The notes under the pieces were generated by a model. The model saw nothing but the letters and a program-made list of their open reading frames with translations, was not told where the DNA came from and made no database searches. A stretch of DNA of 50,845 bases, from positions 1-50,845 of the IMG/VR virus record IMGVR_UViG_3300036854_000028. One strand, 5' to 3'. How positions within the stretch are numbered: the stretch's first letter is position 1; each line of letters opens with the position of its first letter. Origin of the DNA: a virus (taxonomy: Duplodnaviria; Caudoviricetes). The translations under genes were made by a program, and so were the position numbers. This document shows positions 1-8,177 of the stretch, in pieces.

Positions 1-1
1 C

Positions 2-415
2 GTCCGCTCGGTGGTCAGCGGCATCGGGGCCAGCTCGATCGGGTCGGCGCTGGCCGGATTGAAGTTCGAGCACGGCGGCATCCGCAAGGCTGCCTCCGGG
101 CTGATCGTCAGGCCGTCGGACCCGGGCACCCTGATCGGTGAGCCGCAGACCGGCGGTGAGGCGCTGATCCCGCTGCGGGGCATCACGCAGACCCGCGCGG
201 CGGCGCTGGGTCAGGTCGCGGTGGGCGGCTACGGCCTGGACGTGGTGGCCCGGGATCGCCATGGCGGCACGTCCGGCTGGTCCGGACCGTCCACGCTCCA
301 GCTCGCGGCGACGTTCGTCCTGCCCTCCGGCGAGGTTTCGCACCGGCAGCTCATCACCTACGCGCTGAACACCGGCCGCACCCCGGCGCAGCTGTTCCCG
401 GACAGCGCGCGGTGA
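2..415 (+). CDS. Tape measure protein, C-terminal fragment (5'-truncated by window)
   Basis: Frame is open from base 2. KFEHGG...GEPQTGGEALIPL motif is typical of actinophage TMP C-termini. Lies directly upstream of minor tail genes. Confidence 0.85.
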   Translation, partial: VRSVVSGIGASSIGSALAGLKFEHGGIRKAASGLIVRPSDPGTLIGEPQTGGEALIPLRGITQTRAAALGQVAVGGYGLDVVARDRHGGTSGWSGPSTLQLAATFVLPSGEVSHRQLITYALNTGRTPAQLFPDSAR

Positions 416-1845
416 CCTGGTTCGTCGAGGCGGCCCCGTTCAACGGCCCCGACGACGCGGATGCGGCCATGAACTGGGTCGACATCACCGCGTACGCCAA
501 CGACAACCTGGCGCCGGTCGGCGCCGGCTACGGCCGGTCCACCGAGTTGGAGGCGGTGCAGCCGGGCACCCTGTCGTTCATCGTCAACAACGGCGACCAC
601 CGGTTCACGCCCGGGAACCCGACCAGCCCGTACTACCCGGGGTGGCGGACCGGGATGCGGGTGCGGGTGCGGGAGACCGTCGGTCCCCGCGAGTTCGTGA
701 TCTTCGACGGGAACATGCTGCAACCCGACATGACCATCTCCACGCCGGGGTTCGACCAGACGGTCACCGTCAACGTCGTCGACCGAATCGGGCGGCTCGC
801 GACGGGCGGCAAGTTCGTGTCCACTCTCGCCGCGCATATCCTGTACCAGAGCGCATCGACATTGATCGGGTACTACCCGCTCGGCGACCCCGGCCCGACG
901 CACCGGCCAGTCGTCAACACGGCCGGCTTCCCGGCCCTCAACGAGCTGCTCGTCACGAACGCCGCCACCGCAGCCGTGCAGGGCGCCGGCAGCTATGCCG
1001 CCCAGGCTGGCACGCCGCCGCCGGGCGACGATCTGCGGCCGCCACGGTTCGCGCCGCTGATGACCGGCTCCCCGGCGACAGTGGTGTCCGAGACCAACCT
1101 TCAGGCCTACATCTTCGGTAGCGGCGTCGCGGTCGCCACGAACTCGACGCTCACCATCGCACTGTGGGCCACGCCCGACCTCGCATCCGTGGACGCATCC
1201 TGGGCGGTTCTCCGCGTCTACTTCGGCTGGAACAACGGCCTCGGCACCGGAATCATCACGATCCGTCGCACCACCTCCGCCGAGTCGCCGCCCGCGGTAT
1301 GGAAGTGTTCCTTCAATGACGATCTCGCGAGTTGGACGAGTAACGCGTATGGCACCGGGCCCGACCTCGGCCGCGCTGCGCTGATCGCGGCGCGCATCGA
1401 GTTGGCCGCGTCGAAGCTGACCCTGATGGTCAACGGCTATACCTACAGCGGCACGGTGTCCGGCTCGTTCCCATCGACGATCAACTTCCTGCAGATCGCG
1501 GTCGGGGATGCGTTCACCGGGTCACTCTCACATCTACAGTTCCACCAGTCCACCGCCTCGGCCGATTACACCGCGACGACCCAGGCCGCTCAGTACGTGA
1601 TGGGCACCAACGGCCTGTACGGCCAATTCGCCGGCGAGCGGATCAAGACCGTCGCGCTGTATGCGGGCGTATCTGCCGCAGACCTCGCGATCGATCAGGG
1701 CACCGCGGTAATGCAGAGGGCATCGCTCGCTGGCAAGACGCCGCTGGCGGCGGCGCAGGAAGCCGCCGACACCGACCAGGGCCTGCTGCACGCGGTAGGC
1801 CGCAGACTCGTCTTCCGTTCCCGTAAACGCCGGTACGACCTGTGA
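412..1845 (+). CDS. Minor tail/baseplate protein, N-terminal half, with a lectin-like beta-rich middle
   Basis: First gene after TMP (GTGA overlap). WVDIT...GRSTE...PGTLSFIVNNGDHRFTPGNPTSPYYP motif of actinophage tail proteins. Confidence 0.8.
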   Translation: MTWFVEAAPFNGPDDADAAMNWVDITAYANDNLAPVGAGYGRSTELEAVQPGTLSFIVNNGDHRFTPGNPTSPYYPGWRTGMRVRVRETVGPREFVIFDGNMLQPDMTISTPGFDQTVTVNVVDRIGRLATGGKFVSTLAAHILYQSASTLIGYYPLGDPGPTHRPVVNTAGFPALNELLVTNAATAAVQGAGSYAAQAGTPPPGDDLRPPRFAPLMTGSPATVVSETNLQAYIFGSGVAVATNSTLTIALWATPDLASVDASWAVLRVYFGWNNGLGTGIITIRRTTSAESPPAVWKCSFNDDLASWTSNAYGTGPDLGRAALIAARIELAASKLTLMVNGYTYSGTVSGSFPSTINFLQIAVGDAFTGSLSHLQFHQSTASADYTATTQAAQYVMGTNGLYGQFAGERIKTVALYAGVSAADLAIDQGTAVMQRASLAGKTPLAAAQEAADTDQGLLHAVGRRLVFRSRKRRYDL

Positions 1846-1855
1846 CGGAGGCTTC

Positions 1856-2683
1856 GTGGCGACACTGATCACTTCGCTCGATACCCTCATCGCCGCGTTC
1901 GTGCCGGGACTGGCCGACCTGGCGAAGAATTCCGGCTCCAACCTCGCCGCCGGGACCTGGCACTCGACGTGGTACCTCGCCGGCACGCCCGCGGCCGGTT
2001 CGGCGCCGACGGGTGGGCTGAACGGCGTCACATTCTCCGGCACCGTGACGGGGCAGGTCCCCATCCCCGCAGCGGCGAGCGGAAAGCAGATCTTCTTGTC
2101 CCGCGTCGAGGTCACGCCGATCGGCGTCGGGAACATCGCGGCCATTGAGATCATCGATCGGCTATGGGGAGATGTGCCGGTCGTGACCACCACCACCGGC
2201 CAGGCCGTCACCTCTCCAACCTGGCCATCCCGCGATGCCAACGGAGCGACCACGGGAGCGAAAGTCAAGCTGGCGTTCGAGGTGTCATCGGCGCTGGGTA
2301 ACGGTGCGCCGATCACCAACACCACGGTGGCGTACACCAACTCGTCGGGTACCGGCTCCCGAACGGGTACGGTCGCAAGCTTCCCGGCCTCGGCCTCGGC
2401 CGGGACATGGATTCCGGTTACCCTGGCGGCAGGTGATGACGGCGTTCAGTCGGTGCAAACGATCACCCTTGGTACTAGCTACGTCTCTGGCGCCATGCAC
2501 CTGATCGCGTACCGCACCATCGCCCGAATTCCATTGGCCGGCGCGCTGGTTGCTGTTGACCGATCCGCGTACCAGCTCGACCTACCACCGATCTACGACT
2601 CCTCGGTGCTTCAGATGCTGTACCTGCCGACCTCGACGACCTTCGGCGCCATGTACGGTTCGCTCGCGTACGCGCAGGGCTGA
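1856..2683 (+). CDS. Virion structural protein (T/S/G-rich, 275 aa)
   Basis: GGAGG RBS. Composition and DRLW / YTNSSGT / LAAGDDGVQSVQ motifs resemble a common phage tail-region family. Confidence 0.7.
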   Translation: MATLITSLDTLIAAFVPGLADLAKNSGSNLAAGTWHSTWYLAGTPAAGSAPTGGLNGVTFSGTVTGQVPIPAAASGKQIFLSRVEVTPIGVGNIAAIEIIDRLWGDVPVVTTTTGQAVTSPTWPSRDANGATTGAKVKLAFEVSSALGNGAPITNTTVAYTNSSGTGSRTGTVASFPASASAGTWIPVTLAAGDDGVQSVQTITLGTSYVSGAMHLIAYRTIARIPLAGALVAVDRSAYQLDLPPIYDSSVLQMLYLPTSTTFGAMYGSLAYAQG

Positions 2684-2686
2684 CCG

Positions 2687-3355
2687 GTGCCGGCGCTCGG
2701 CCGCGGGCGACTGACCCGCACCCACGACGTGGGCTTCGATCGGCTCCTGCCCCGCACCGACGGGCTCGGCTCCGGCGTCGCGTCCGCCGCGGCCCGGGAC
2801 TTCTGGTGGGGGTTCTCCCCGACCCCGCCGACGCAGATCCCCTACGACTGGCTGGCCCCGCCGTTTAGGGCCCGCGCCGACCAGCCCATCAATGACGCCC
2901 AGGTGACCCGGGCCGGCGGCGGAACCGCCTACGCTACCAACGCGGTCAGTATCGCCCGCTACGGCGACGTCGGCGGGGGCGCCACCCTGGAAACCGCGCA
3001 GGACACCGACCCGCAGTCCTACGCGAACTGGCTGGTCACCTACTACACCGACCCGAGGATGCGCTGCCCCGCCCTGACCCTGAACCTGCGCGAGCCGCGT
3101 ACCGACGCCGACCGGTGGCGCATCCTCGGCGTGACGATCGGCACCCGCATCCAGATCGCCAACGCACCCGCCACCTGGCCCGAGGGTGCCGCCGCGCTGA
3201 TCGTCGAGGGCATCGCCCACCAGATCGGCCAGTCCGTGCGCACCGTCACCTGGCACACGTCACCTGTGATCGGCGCGACGCCCGGCGTGCCCGGCCCGTG
3301 GTTCCGGCTCAATGGCGGCTCCAACATCAACGGAATCGACGTTGTGCCCTTCTGA
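2687..3355 (+). CDS. Minor tail protein, C-terminal half
   Basis: DQPINDAQVTRAGGG...SIARYG...P.LTLNL...VEGIAHQI motifs usually form the C-terminus of actinophage baseplate proteins. Confidence 0.75.
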   Translation: MPALGRGRLTRTHDVGFDRLLPRTDGLGSGVASAAARDFWWGFSPTPPTQIPYDWLAPPFRARADQPINDAQVTRAGGGTAYATNAVSIARYGDVGGGATLETAQDTDPQSYANWLVTYYTDPRMRCPALTLNLREPRTDADRWRILGVTIGTRIQIANAPATWPEGAAALIVEGIAHQIGQSVRTVTWHTSPVIGATPGVPGPWFRLNGGSNINGIDVVPF

Positions 3356-3367
3356 GAGGCGGCGACC

Positions 3368-3880
3368 GTGAGCAATGCCCCTACGCTGCCGCAGTTCAGC
3401 GGAGGCAGCCTCACCGACGTTCAGCTCAACGGCCTGGTCACCGGCATCACGTTCGCGACGGCGCTCGGCCAGAAGCTGGCCAACATCGGCGTGATGTGGG
3501 CCAGCGGCACTGCCAGCCTCGCCGCCTCGACGTCGACGAGCTATGTGGACGTGAGCGGGACCTCGACGAGCTGGACCAAGACGGGCGACTCGTCCAGCTC
3601 GAACGTGCTGGTGGTCCTGCTGATGTCCGCGTGGACTTCGGTGGCGGCCACCATCCCGGCGTTCGGGGTCCGGCTCGGCGGTGTCGACTACGACCTCGTC
3701 GCCAAAACGATCAACGAGGCCAGCTCGCACAACACGCTGACCGCGGTGCGTACCCTCACCGGTATCGCCGCTGGCAGCTACAGCCCGAACCTGCGCTTCA
3801 AGCGGAATTCCGGGACCGGCGCGGTGACCATCGACACCGGGGACACCGTCTCATACCTGCTACTGGAGGTGCCGCTATGA
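3368..3880 (+). CDS. Minor tail/fibre protein
   Basis: GAGG RBS. F..G..LT..QLN anchor motif followed by an S/T-rich beta domain. Last gene before the lysin. Confidence 0.65.
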   Translation: MSNAPTLPQFSGGSLTDVQLNGLVTGITFATALGQKLANIGVMWASGTASLAASTSTSYVDVSGTSTSWTKTGDSSSSNVLVVLLMSAWTSVAATIPAFGVRLGGVDYDLVAKTINEASSHNTLTAVRTLTGIAAGSYSPNLRFKRNSGTGAVTIDTGDTVSYLLLEVPL

Positions 3881-4761
3881 GTCGTTGGACCGGCGCGACG
3901 TGGGTCGGCCCGACCCCGAACTGCACGGCCGGCGGGATGGGTCATCCCGTGTATGGGGTGGTCGTGCACATCGCCGAGGGCACCTACGACGGGACGATCT
4001 CCTGGCAGAAGATCCCCACCGCGGACGTGTCGAGCTACTTCGTCAACGCCAAGGACGGCCGTCGAGCGCAGGTCGTCGACACCGTCGACAAGGCGTGGAC
4101 CCAGGTGTCGGGGAACTCGCATTGGCGCGGCATCGAGCATGAGGGTTACTCCGGCGCACCGCTGACCGCCGCGCAGTGTGAGTCTCTCGCGCGGGAGATC
4201 GCGTGGCTGCATCAGCTCGATGGCTTCCCGCTGCGGATGTGCACGCAGGATCCGCGGACAGTGGCATCGCAGGCTGATGGCGGTGTCACGTGGCACGCGG
4301 CGGGCGGCGACGAGTGGGGCGGCCACTACGACTGCCCCGGGGCACCCATCATCGCCCAGCTCCCGGGGGTCGTAGCGCGGGCGCAGCAGATCGTTCGACC
4401 CGTCAAGATCGGAGACACCATGTACGCGCTGATCCAGCAGGCCGGCGATAGCCAGGTATGGCTCGCTGACGGCACCACCCGTCGGCCGGTCGCCGGCAAG
4501 CAGCTCGCCGACGTCAAGTACCTCGCGTCGATCGGGTTCTACCAGCTCGTTGCCCCGCCCGCTGGGACCACTGTCGTCGGCGGGGTGTGGCAGGTCGAGG
4601 ATCTCGACGCTTTCGGTGTGGCGGCCGGCGCGGTGTCTCTCACCGACGCGCAGGTGGCCGCCGTCGCGGCTCAGCTCGGGCAGCCGCTGACTGACTGCCT
4701 GCGCTGGGCGCAGGATCTGCATGAGCGGATCATCGCGGTCGGGCGCGCTCTCGGCGACTGA
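3877..4761 (+). CDS. Endolysin, N-acetylmuramoyl-L-alanine amidase (Amidase_2 type)
   Basis: GGAGG RBS and ATGA overlap at 3877. Zn-amidase motifs VVVHIAEG, AWTQ..GN, GIEHEG, VTWH and DCPG. Confidence 0.9.
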   Translation: MSRWTGATWVGPTPNCTAGGMGHPVYGVVVHIAEGTYDGTISWQKIPTADVSSYFVNAKDGRRAQVVDTVDKAWTQVSGNSHWRGIEHEGYSGAPLTAAQCESLAREIAWLHQLDGFPLRMCTQDPRTVASQADGGVTWHAAGGDEWGGHYDCPGAPIIAQLPGVVARAQQIVRPVKIGDTMYALIQQAGDSQVWLADGTTRRPVAGKQLADVKYLASIGFYQLVAPPAGTTVVGGVWQVEDLDAFGVAAGAVSLTDAQVAAVAAQLGQPLTDCLRWAQDLHERIIAVGRALGD

Positions 4762-4782
4762 GCTCCCCGTGCCGGAGTCGCC

Positions 4783-5133
4783 ATGAACGCCGCCGAGACC
4801 CCAAAGGAGGCGTACGACCGGGGAATTGAGGCCGGTCGGATCGAAGCGCGCCTTGACGAGTACGCCAAGCACTTCGCCGCCATTAACGGTTCCGTCGCCG
4901 ACACCGCACGGGAACTACACCTGCTCGTCCTGGCGGTGCAGCGTCTGGAGCAGCAGGCGGTGGCCCGCGACGCGACTGTGGTCACCACCGCGAAAGCACT
5001 GAAGGAGGCGGAGGAAGCCCGCCGCGACAAGTCCACCCAGTCGTGGTCGCCGTTCGCCCGGCTGATGGCCGGCCTGGGTGGTCTGGCCGCGCTCGCCACC
5101 GTGCTCGCGGTGTACCTCGCACTCAGGAAGTAA
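4783..5133 (+). CDS. Lysis-region membrane protein (coiled coil plus C-terminal TM)
   Basis: GGAG RBS. Hydrophobic C-terminus LMAGLGGLAALATVLAVYLAL. Follows the lysin. Confidence 0.7.
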   Translation: MNAAETPKEAYDRGIEAGRIEARLDEYAKHFAAINGSVADTARELHLLVLAVQRLEQQAVARDATVVTTAKALKEAEEARRDKSTQSWSPFARLMAGLGGLAALATVLAVYLALRK

Positions 5134-5196
5134 CCGCACCAACCCCACGGCCGAGACCCCGCCGTGGGTAGCGCAACGCCCGAAACGGATGGCACC

Positions 5197-5502
5197 GTGA
5201 GTCTCGACCAATGGCAGGCCCTCGGCATCGTCTGCGGCTCGCTGCTGACGCTGCTGACGCTGGTCGGCCTGCTCTACCGATGGGTGGTACGCCCCGTGTG
5301 GCGAACACTACGGCGCTTGAATGAGGTTGCGGACCAGCTGCTCGGCGACAAGGCCAAGCGCATCCCGTCGATGACCGACCGGATGGCTGCGCTGGAGCGG
5401 GAGCTGGCCGAGCATGTCCGGTGGCATTCGGCGACGGGCCGGGGTAACGGGCCGCGGCCGGCGGAGCGGCAGCAGAGCCAACGACGCGACGCGAGGCCGT
5501 GA
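5197..5502 (+). CDS. Lysis-region membrane protein (N-terminal TM)
   Basis: ALGIVCGSLLTLLTLVGLLY then a helical region. Start codon is uncertain (5164 or 5197). Confidence 0.65.
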   Translation: MSLDQWQALGIVCGSLLTLLTLVGLLYRWVVRPVWRTLRRLNEVADQLLGDKAKRIPSMTDRMAALERELAEHVRWHSATGRGNGPRPAERQQSQRRDARP

Positions 5503-5591
5503 CCCTACTTCGGTGGAGTCGCGACCCTACCCGCTAGTACTGGCTGGCGTTGGCCGCACTTCGGGCTGCACTGATGAGAGGTAGGAAAGAA

Positions 5592-5816
5592 ATGACACAG
5601 GATCGGCACCCGGCGACGACCGGGCTCCTGCGCTACTTCGAGTACGCGCATCTGCCCGAGCGCCTCCAGGCCGTCAGCCGGCCGTGCGGCGAGCTCGCGC
5701 AGGCGATGGTCGACGAGTTGCCCGACGGTCCCGAGCTCACCACCGGGCTGCGGAAGCTGCTGGAGGCGAAGGACTGCTTTGTGCGCGCCGCGCTGGACAA
5801 GCCGGCCACCGAGTGA
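5592..5816 (+). CDS. Small helical-hairpin phage protein, Acb2/Tad1-hairpin-like candidate
   Basis: AGGAAAG RBS. YFEYAHLP...ELA...LPDGPELTTGLRKLLEAKDCFVRAAL is a widespread phage family. The fold assignment is an inference. Confidence 0.7.
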   Translation: MTQDRHPATTGLLRYFEYAHLPERLQAVSRPCGELAQAMVDELPDGPELTTGLRKLLEAKDCFVRAALDKPATE

Positions 5817-6352
5817 CCCTCCCGCTGCTGCTGCCCGGTGACGTCCTCGTCTGCCGCACGAACGACACCGGCGGCGAGCTGATCCGCCTCGGCGCGGCGC
5901 TGAAAGACAAGCCGAACCTCGACAACCACGTCGCTCTCGTCCACCACCGCGACCCCGCCGGCAATCTGTGGGTGCTCGAAGCCCGGCCCGGCGGGGTCGG
6001 CTGGGAGGTCGCGTCGAAGTACGACAACCCGTACCTGCTGACCAACGTGGAGCAGCCGAAGACCGACACCCAGCGGCGGCAGGTGTGCGCCCTCGCCGTG
6101 GGCATGCTGCGGGTCGGCTACGACTGGGCGGCGATCGGCATGGACGCCGCCCAGGCCTTGCACCTGGATGGGCTGTGGCGGGTCAAGGACTTCGGCGACG
6201 AGCCGCCAGCGCATGTGGTGTGCTCGTCGCTGGTGTGGTGGCTGTACCGGCAGGCCGGGTTGGCGGTCCCGCCTGTGCCGGGGCGTACGGTCACCCCGGC
6301 GGACTTCGCGGACTGGATCCTGCGGCGAGGATGGCTAACGGCCGGACCGTGA
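5813..6352 (+). CDS. Permuted papain-like NlpC/P60 (YaeF/YiiX-type) amidase
   Basis: LLPGDVLV, N-terminal NHVAL, VLEA, GYDW, C-terminal VCSSLVWWLY..AG and VTPADF. His precedes Cys, which is the permuted order. Confidence 0.85.
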   Translation: MTLPLLLPGDVLVCRTNDTGGELIRLGAALKDKPNLDNHVALVHHRDPAGNLWVLEARPGGVGWEVASKYDNPYLLTNVEQPKTDTQRRQVCALAVGMLRVGYDWAAIGMDAAQALHLDGLWRVKDFGDEPPAHVVCSSLVWWLYRQAGLAVPPVPGRTVTPADFADWILRRGWLTAGP

Positions 6353-6502
6353 CGCCCGCGCCTTGATCGCCTCGTCGAGCAGTCGCCGGATCATCTCGGA
6401 GCGGCTGACACCCTCGGCCTCAGCGATTCGGTCGACGACCTCGAGGTCGCCCTCGCTGAGACGTAGGGCGACCAGGGGTCGGCGGGGGCCGGGACGGGGC
6501 AT
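6335..6502 (-). CDS. Ribbon-helix-helix (CopG-like) regulator, 55 aa
   Basis: VALRLS...VDRIAEAEGVSRSEMIRRLL. TGATG-coupled to the upstream minus-strand gene. Confidence 0.85.
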   Translation of the reverse strand: MPRPGPRRPLVALRLSEGDLEVVDRIAEAEGVSRSEMIRRLLDEAIKARASRSGR

Positions 6503-6942
6503 CAGAGCACGCGCCACGCGGTGACGACGCTCGCGCGGACCGTCAGGGGGAGCGCGGTGAACCGCAGAGCAGGCGTGCCGTCCTTGCTGCTCAGCACGAT
6601 CGAGTCGACCTTCCCGCTGACGGTCCGCGGCTCGCCGTCTGGGGCGGTGTAGGTGATCTCGACGTCTCTGCCCAGCAGGGCCAGGATGCCTTCGGCTGCG
6701 AGGGTGCCGATGATGACTGGCGTCGTCTCCTGCTTCTCGGCCTGCTTCTCGGCGTTCTCGATCTGCTTCCGCAGGTCGTCGATACAGGCGCTCGCCTCGG
6801 GCATCGTCAGTCCACGCCGGAGTGCGGACTTGGACACCGGCAGCACGCTCGCCGCCTTGTCGAGGTAGCTGATGCTCTCGCCAAGCAGTTGGCCGGCAAG
6901 CATCAGGATGAGGTCGCGCTGCTTGCTCGTCATGGCGGCCAT
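6502..6942 (-). CDS. Hypothetical protein (146 aa), first gene of the RHH operon
   Basis: GGAG RBS. MTSKQ..LI..L...LT..EAS..ID.L helical motif followed by a small beta domain. Confidence 0.75.
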   Translation of the reverse strand: MAAMTSKQRDLILMLAGQLLGESISYLDKAASVLPVSKSALRRGLTMPEASACIDDLRKQIENAEKQAEKQETTPVIIGTLAAEGILALLGRDVEITYTAPDGEPRTVSGKVDSIVLSSKDGTPALRFTALPLTVRASVVTAWRVL

Positions 6943-6976
6943 CGTGGGCTCCGTTCTGGTGTGTCGTCCTGCTGAT

Positions 6977-7019
6977 GTGTATAACACTACCCCACAGGAG
7001 CCGTAGTGTCAAACACTAC
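6977..7019 (-). promoter_or_regulatory. Sigma-70-type promoter overlapped by two operator palindromes
   Basis: Minus strand TTGACA (7012-7007), N17, TAGTGT (6989-6984). Palindromes GTAGTGT-N3-ACACTAC (7003-7019) and GTGT-N3-ACAC (6977-6987). Confidence 0.85.
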
Positions 7020-7455
7020 CCCGGCCCATGACCAGAAGCTCACCCTGCACCTGATCACCCACGTGCCCGAGCATGAGATACGCGGCTCCGACCCCCGCTA
7101 CCACCTGTTCGAGCAGGTCCGGGCCCGCATGAAACGACAGGGCCTCCTGCGGTGCGTCATCGGCGACGAGTACTGCGGCGGCATCGTCGAGCTGCACCAC
7201 TCGCACCTGGAGTACTCCCAGGCCAGCGGCGCGGACCTCGCCAAGGTCAACCGGCAGCTCGGCCTGCACCTCGCCGACGACGACGCGTTCCAGGCCTGGA
7301 TCGAGTCCCCCGGCAACCTGGAGCCGCTGTGCGTCGTACACCACCGCACCCACTTCGGCGTCCATGCCATCCCCGGGCCGCTGTGGGAGCCGCTGCGCTA
7401 CCGCAAGGCCGGGGCCAAGCCGGCGGCCGAGTTCATACCGAAGGAGGCGACATGA
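7006..7455 (+). CDS. HNH-like (His-Me finger) protein
   Basis: CAGGAG RBS. C...C..VELHH...NLEPLCVVHHR...GVH pattern. Confidence 0.7.
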   Translation: MSNTTPAHDQKLTLHLITHVPEHEIRGSDPRYHLFEQVRARMKRQGLLRCVIGDEYCGGIVELHHSHLEYSQASGADLAKVNRQLGLHLADDDAFQAWIESPGNLEPLCVVHHRTHFGVHAIPGPLWEPLRYRKAGAKPAAEFIPKEAT

Positions 7456-7590
7456 GCGACGAACACGCAGATCGGCCCGATTCCCCTCGGCGCCGGCCAG
7501 TGCTGGTCGATGGGGCTGGACGATCCCGACCTGCTCGGCATCCCGCCGATGAAGGAATGGAAGATCAGCTACTACCCGGTCGTCGGCTGA
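7452..7590 (+). pseudogene. Probable frameshifted small gene remnant
   Basis: AAGGAGG plus ATG at 7452, but GC3-rich codons (TQIGPIPLG...ISYYPVVG*) run in another frame and end TGATG on the next gene's ATG. Confidence 0.45.
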
Positions 7591-7880
7591 TGGCCAACTA
7601 CGTCGCGCCCATCATGGCGAAGCTCACCGACCTCCTGCCCGACTGCGAACCCGAGCTGGTCCGCTTCTACGCGCTGCTCATCCTGATCCGCGGTGTCAAC
7701 GCCGACGAGCGGGACGTACACGACGCGTGGGCGGTGTGGCGCGACATGACCAACCCGGGTCACCGGTCGCTGGTCCCGTTCGACGAGCTGACCGCGCAAG
7801 TCCAGGCGCTGGACGTACCGTACGCGCAGGCGATCCGCAAGGTAGCCGAGGAGGTGTGGGGTGCTGGCCCGAATCCGTAA
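7590..7880 (+). CDS. Small protein with RyR-repeat-like motif
   Basis: VHDAWAVW...HRSLVPFDEL...QALD resembles the H..W...H..LVP(F/Y).EL signature of RyR repeats. Confidence 0.7.
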   Translation: MANYVAPIMAKLTDLLPDCEPELVRFYALLILIRGVNADERDVHDAWAVWRDMTNPGHRSLVPFDELTAQVQALDVPYAQAIRKVAEEVWGAGPNP

Positions 7881-7919
7881 GGCGTTCGCCGGCGGAGGAG
7901 CAGTACCGGTAGGGGCACC

Positions 7920-8177
7920 ATGACCCAACCCATGCCGGATCCGAACACTGCGTCGGAGGAACCTCTCCTGACGATCGGCACGGTCGTCGCGTTCGCGTCG
8001 GCGGTCCTCGGTGTGCTGGTGGCGTTCGGGCTGCCGCTGACCGGCGATCAGCGCACCGCGATCCTCAGCGTCGTCGGGGTGGCCGCGCCGGTCGTGGTCG
8101 CGATTTGGGGCCGGCAGCGCGTGTACGCGCCAGCCAGCGTCGCGGCGCTCCTGGGCGGTAGCCGTGGCCAGCACTAG
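7920..8177 (+). CDS. Holin-like protein (two TM segments)
   Basis: EP...VLVAFGLPLTGDQRTAI...RQRV pattern typical of actinophage holins. Confidence 0.75.
   Translation: MTQPMPDPNTASEEPLLTIGTVVAFASAVLGVLVAFGLPLTGDQRTAILSVVGVAAPVVVAIWGRQRVYAPASVAALLGGSRGQH

Noticed and set aside
3115-3876. N-terminal extension making a 548-aa lysin
   Set aside because: It overlaps two better genes and reads as off-frame Arg-rich sequence. The RBS and ATGA overlap support a start at 3877.
5571-5592. CTGATGA...GAAA resembling a hammerhead ribozyme core
   Set aside because: No stem II can form between the motifs, and the GAAA is part of the next gene's RBS.
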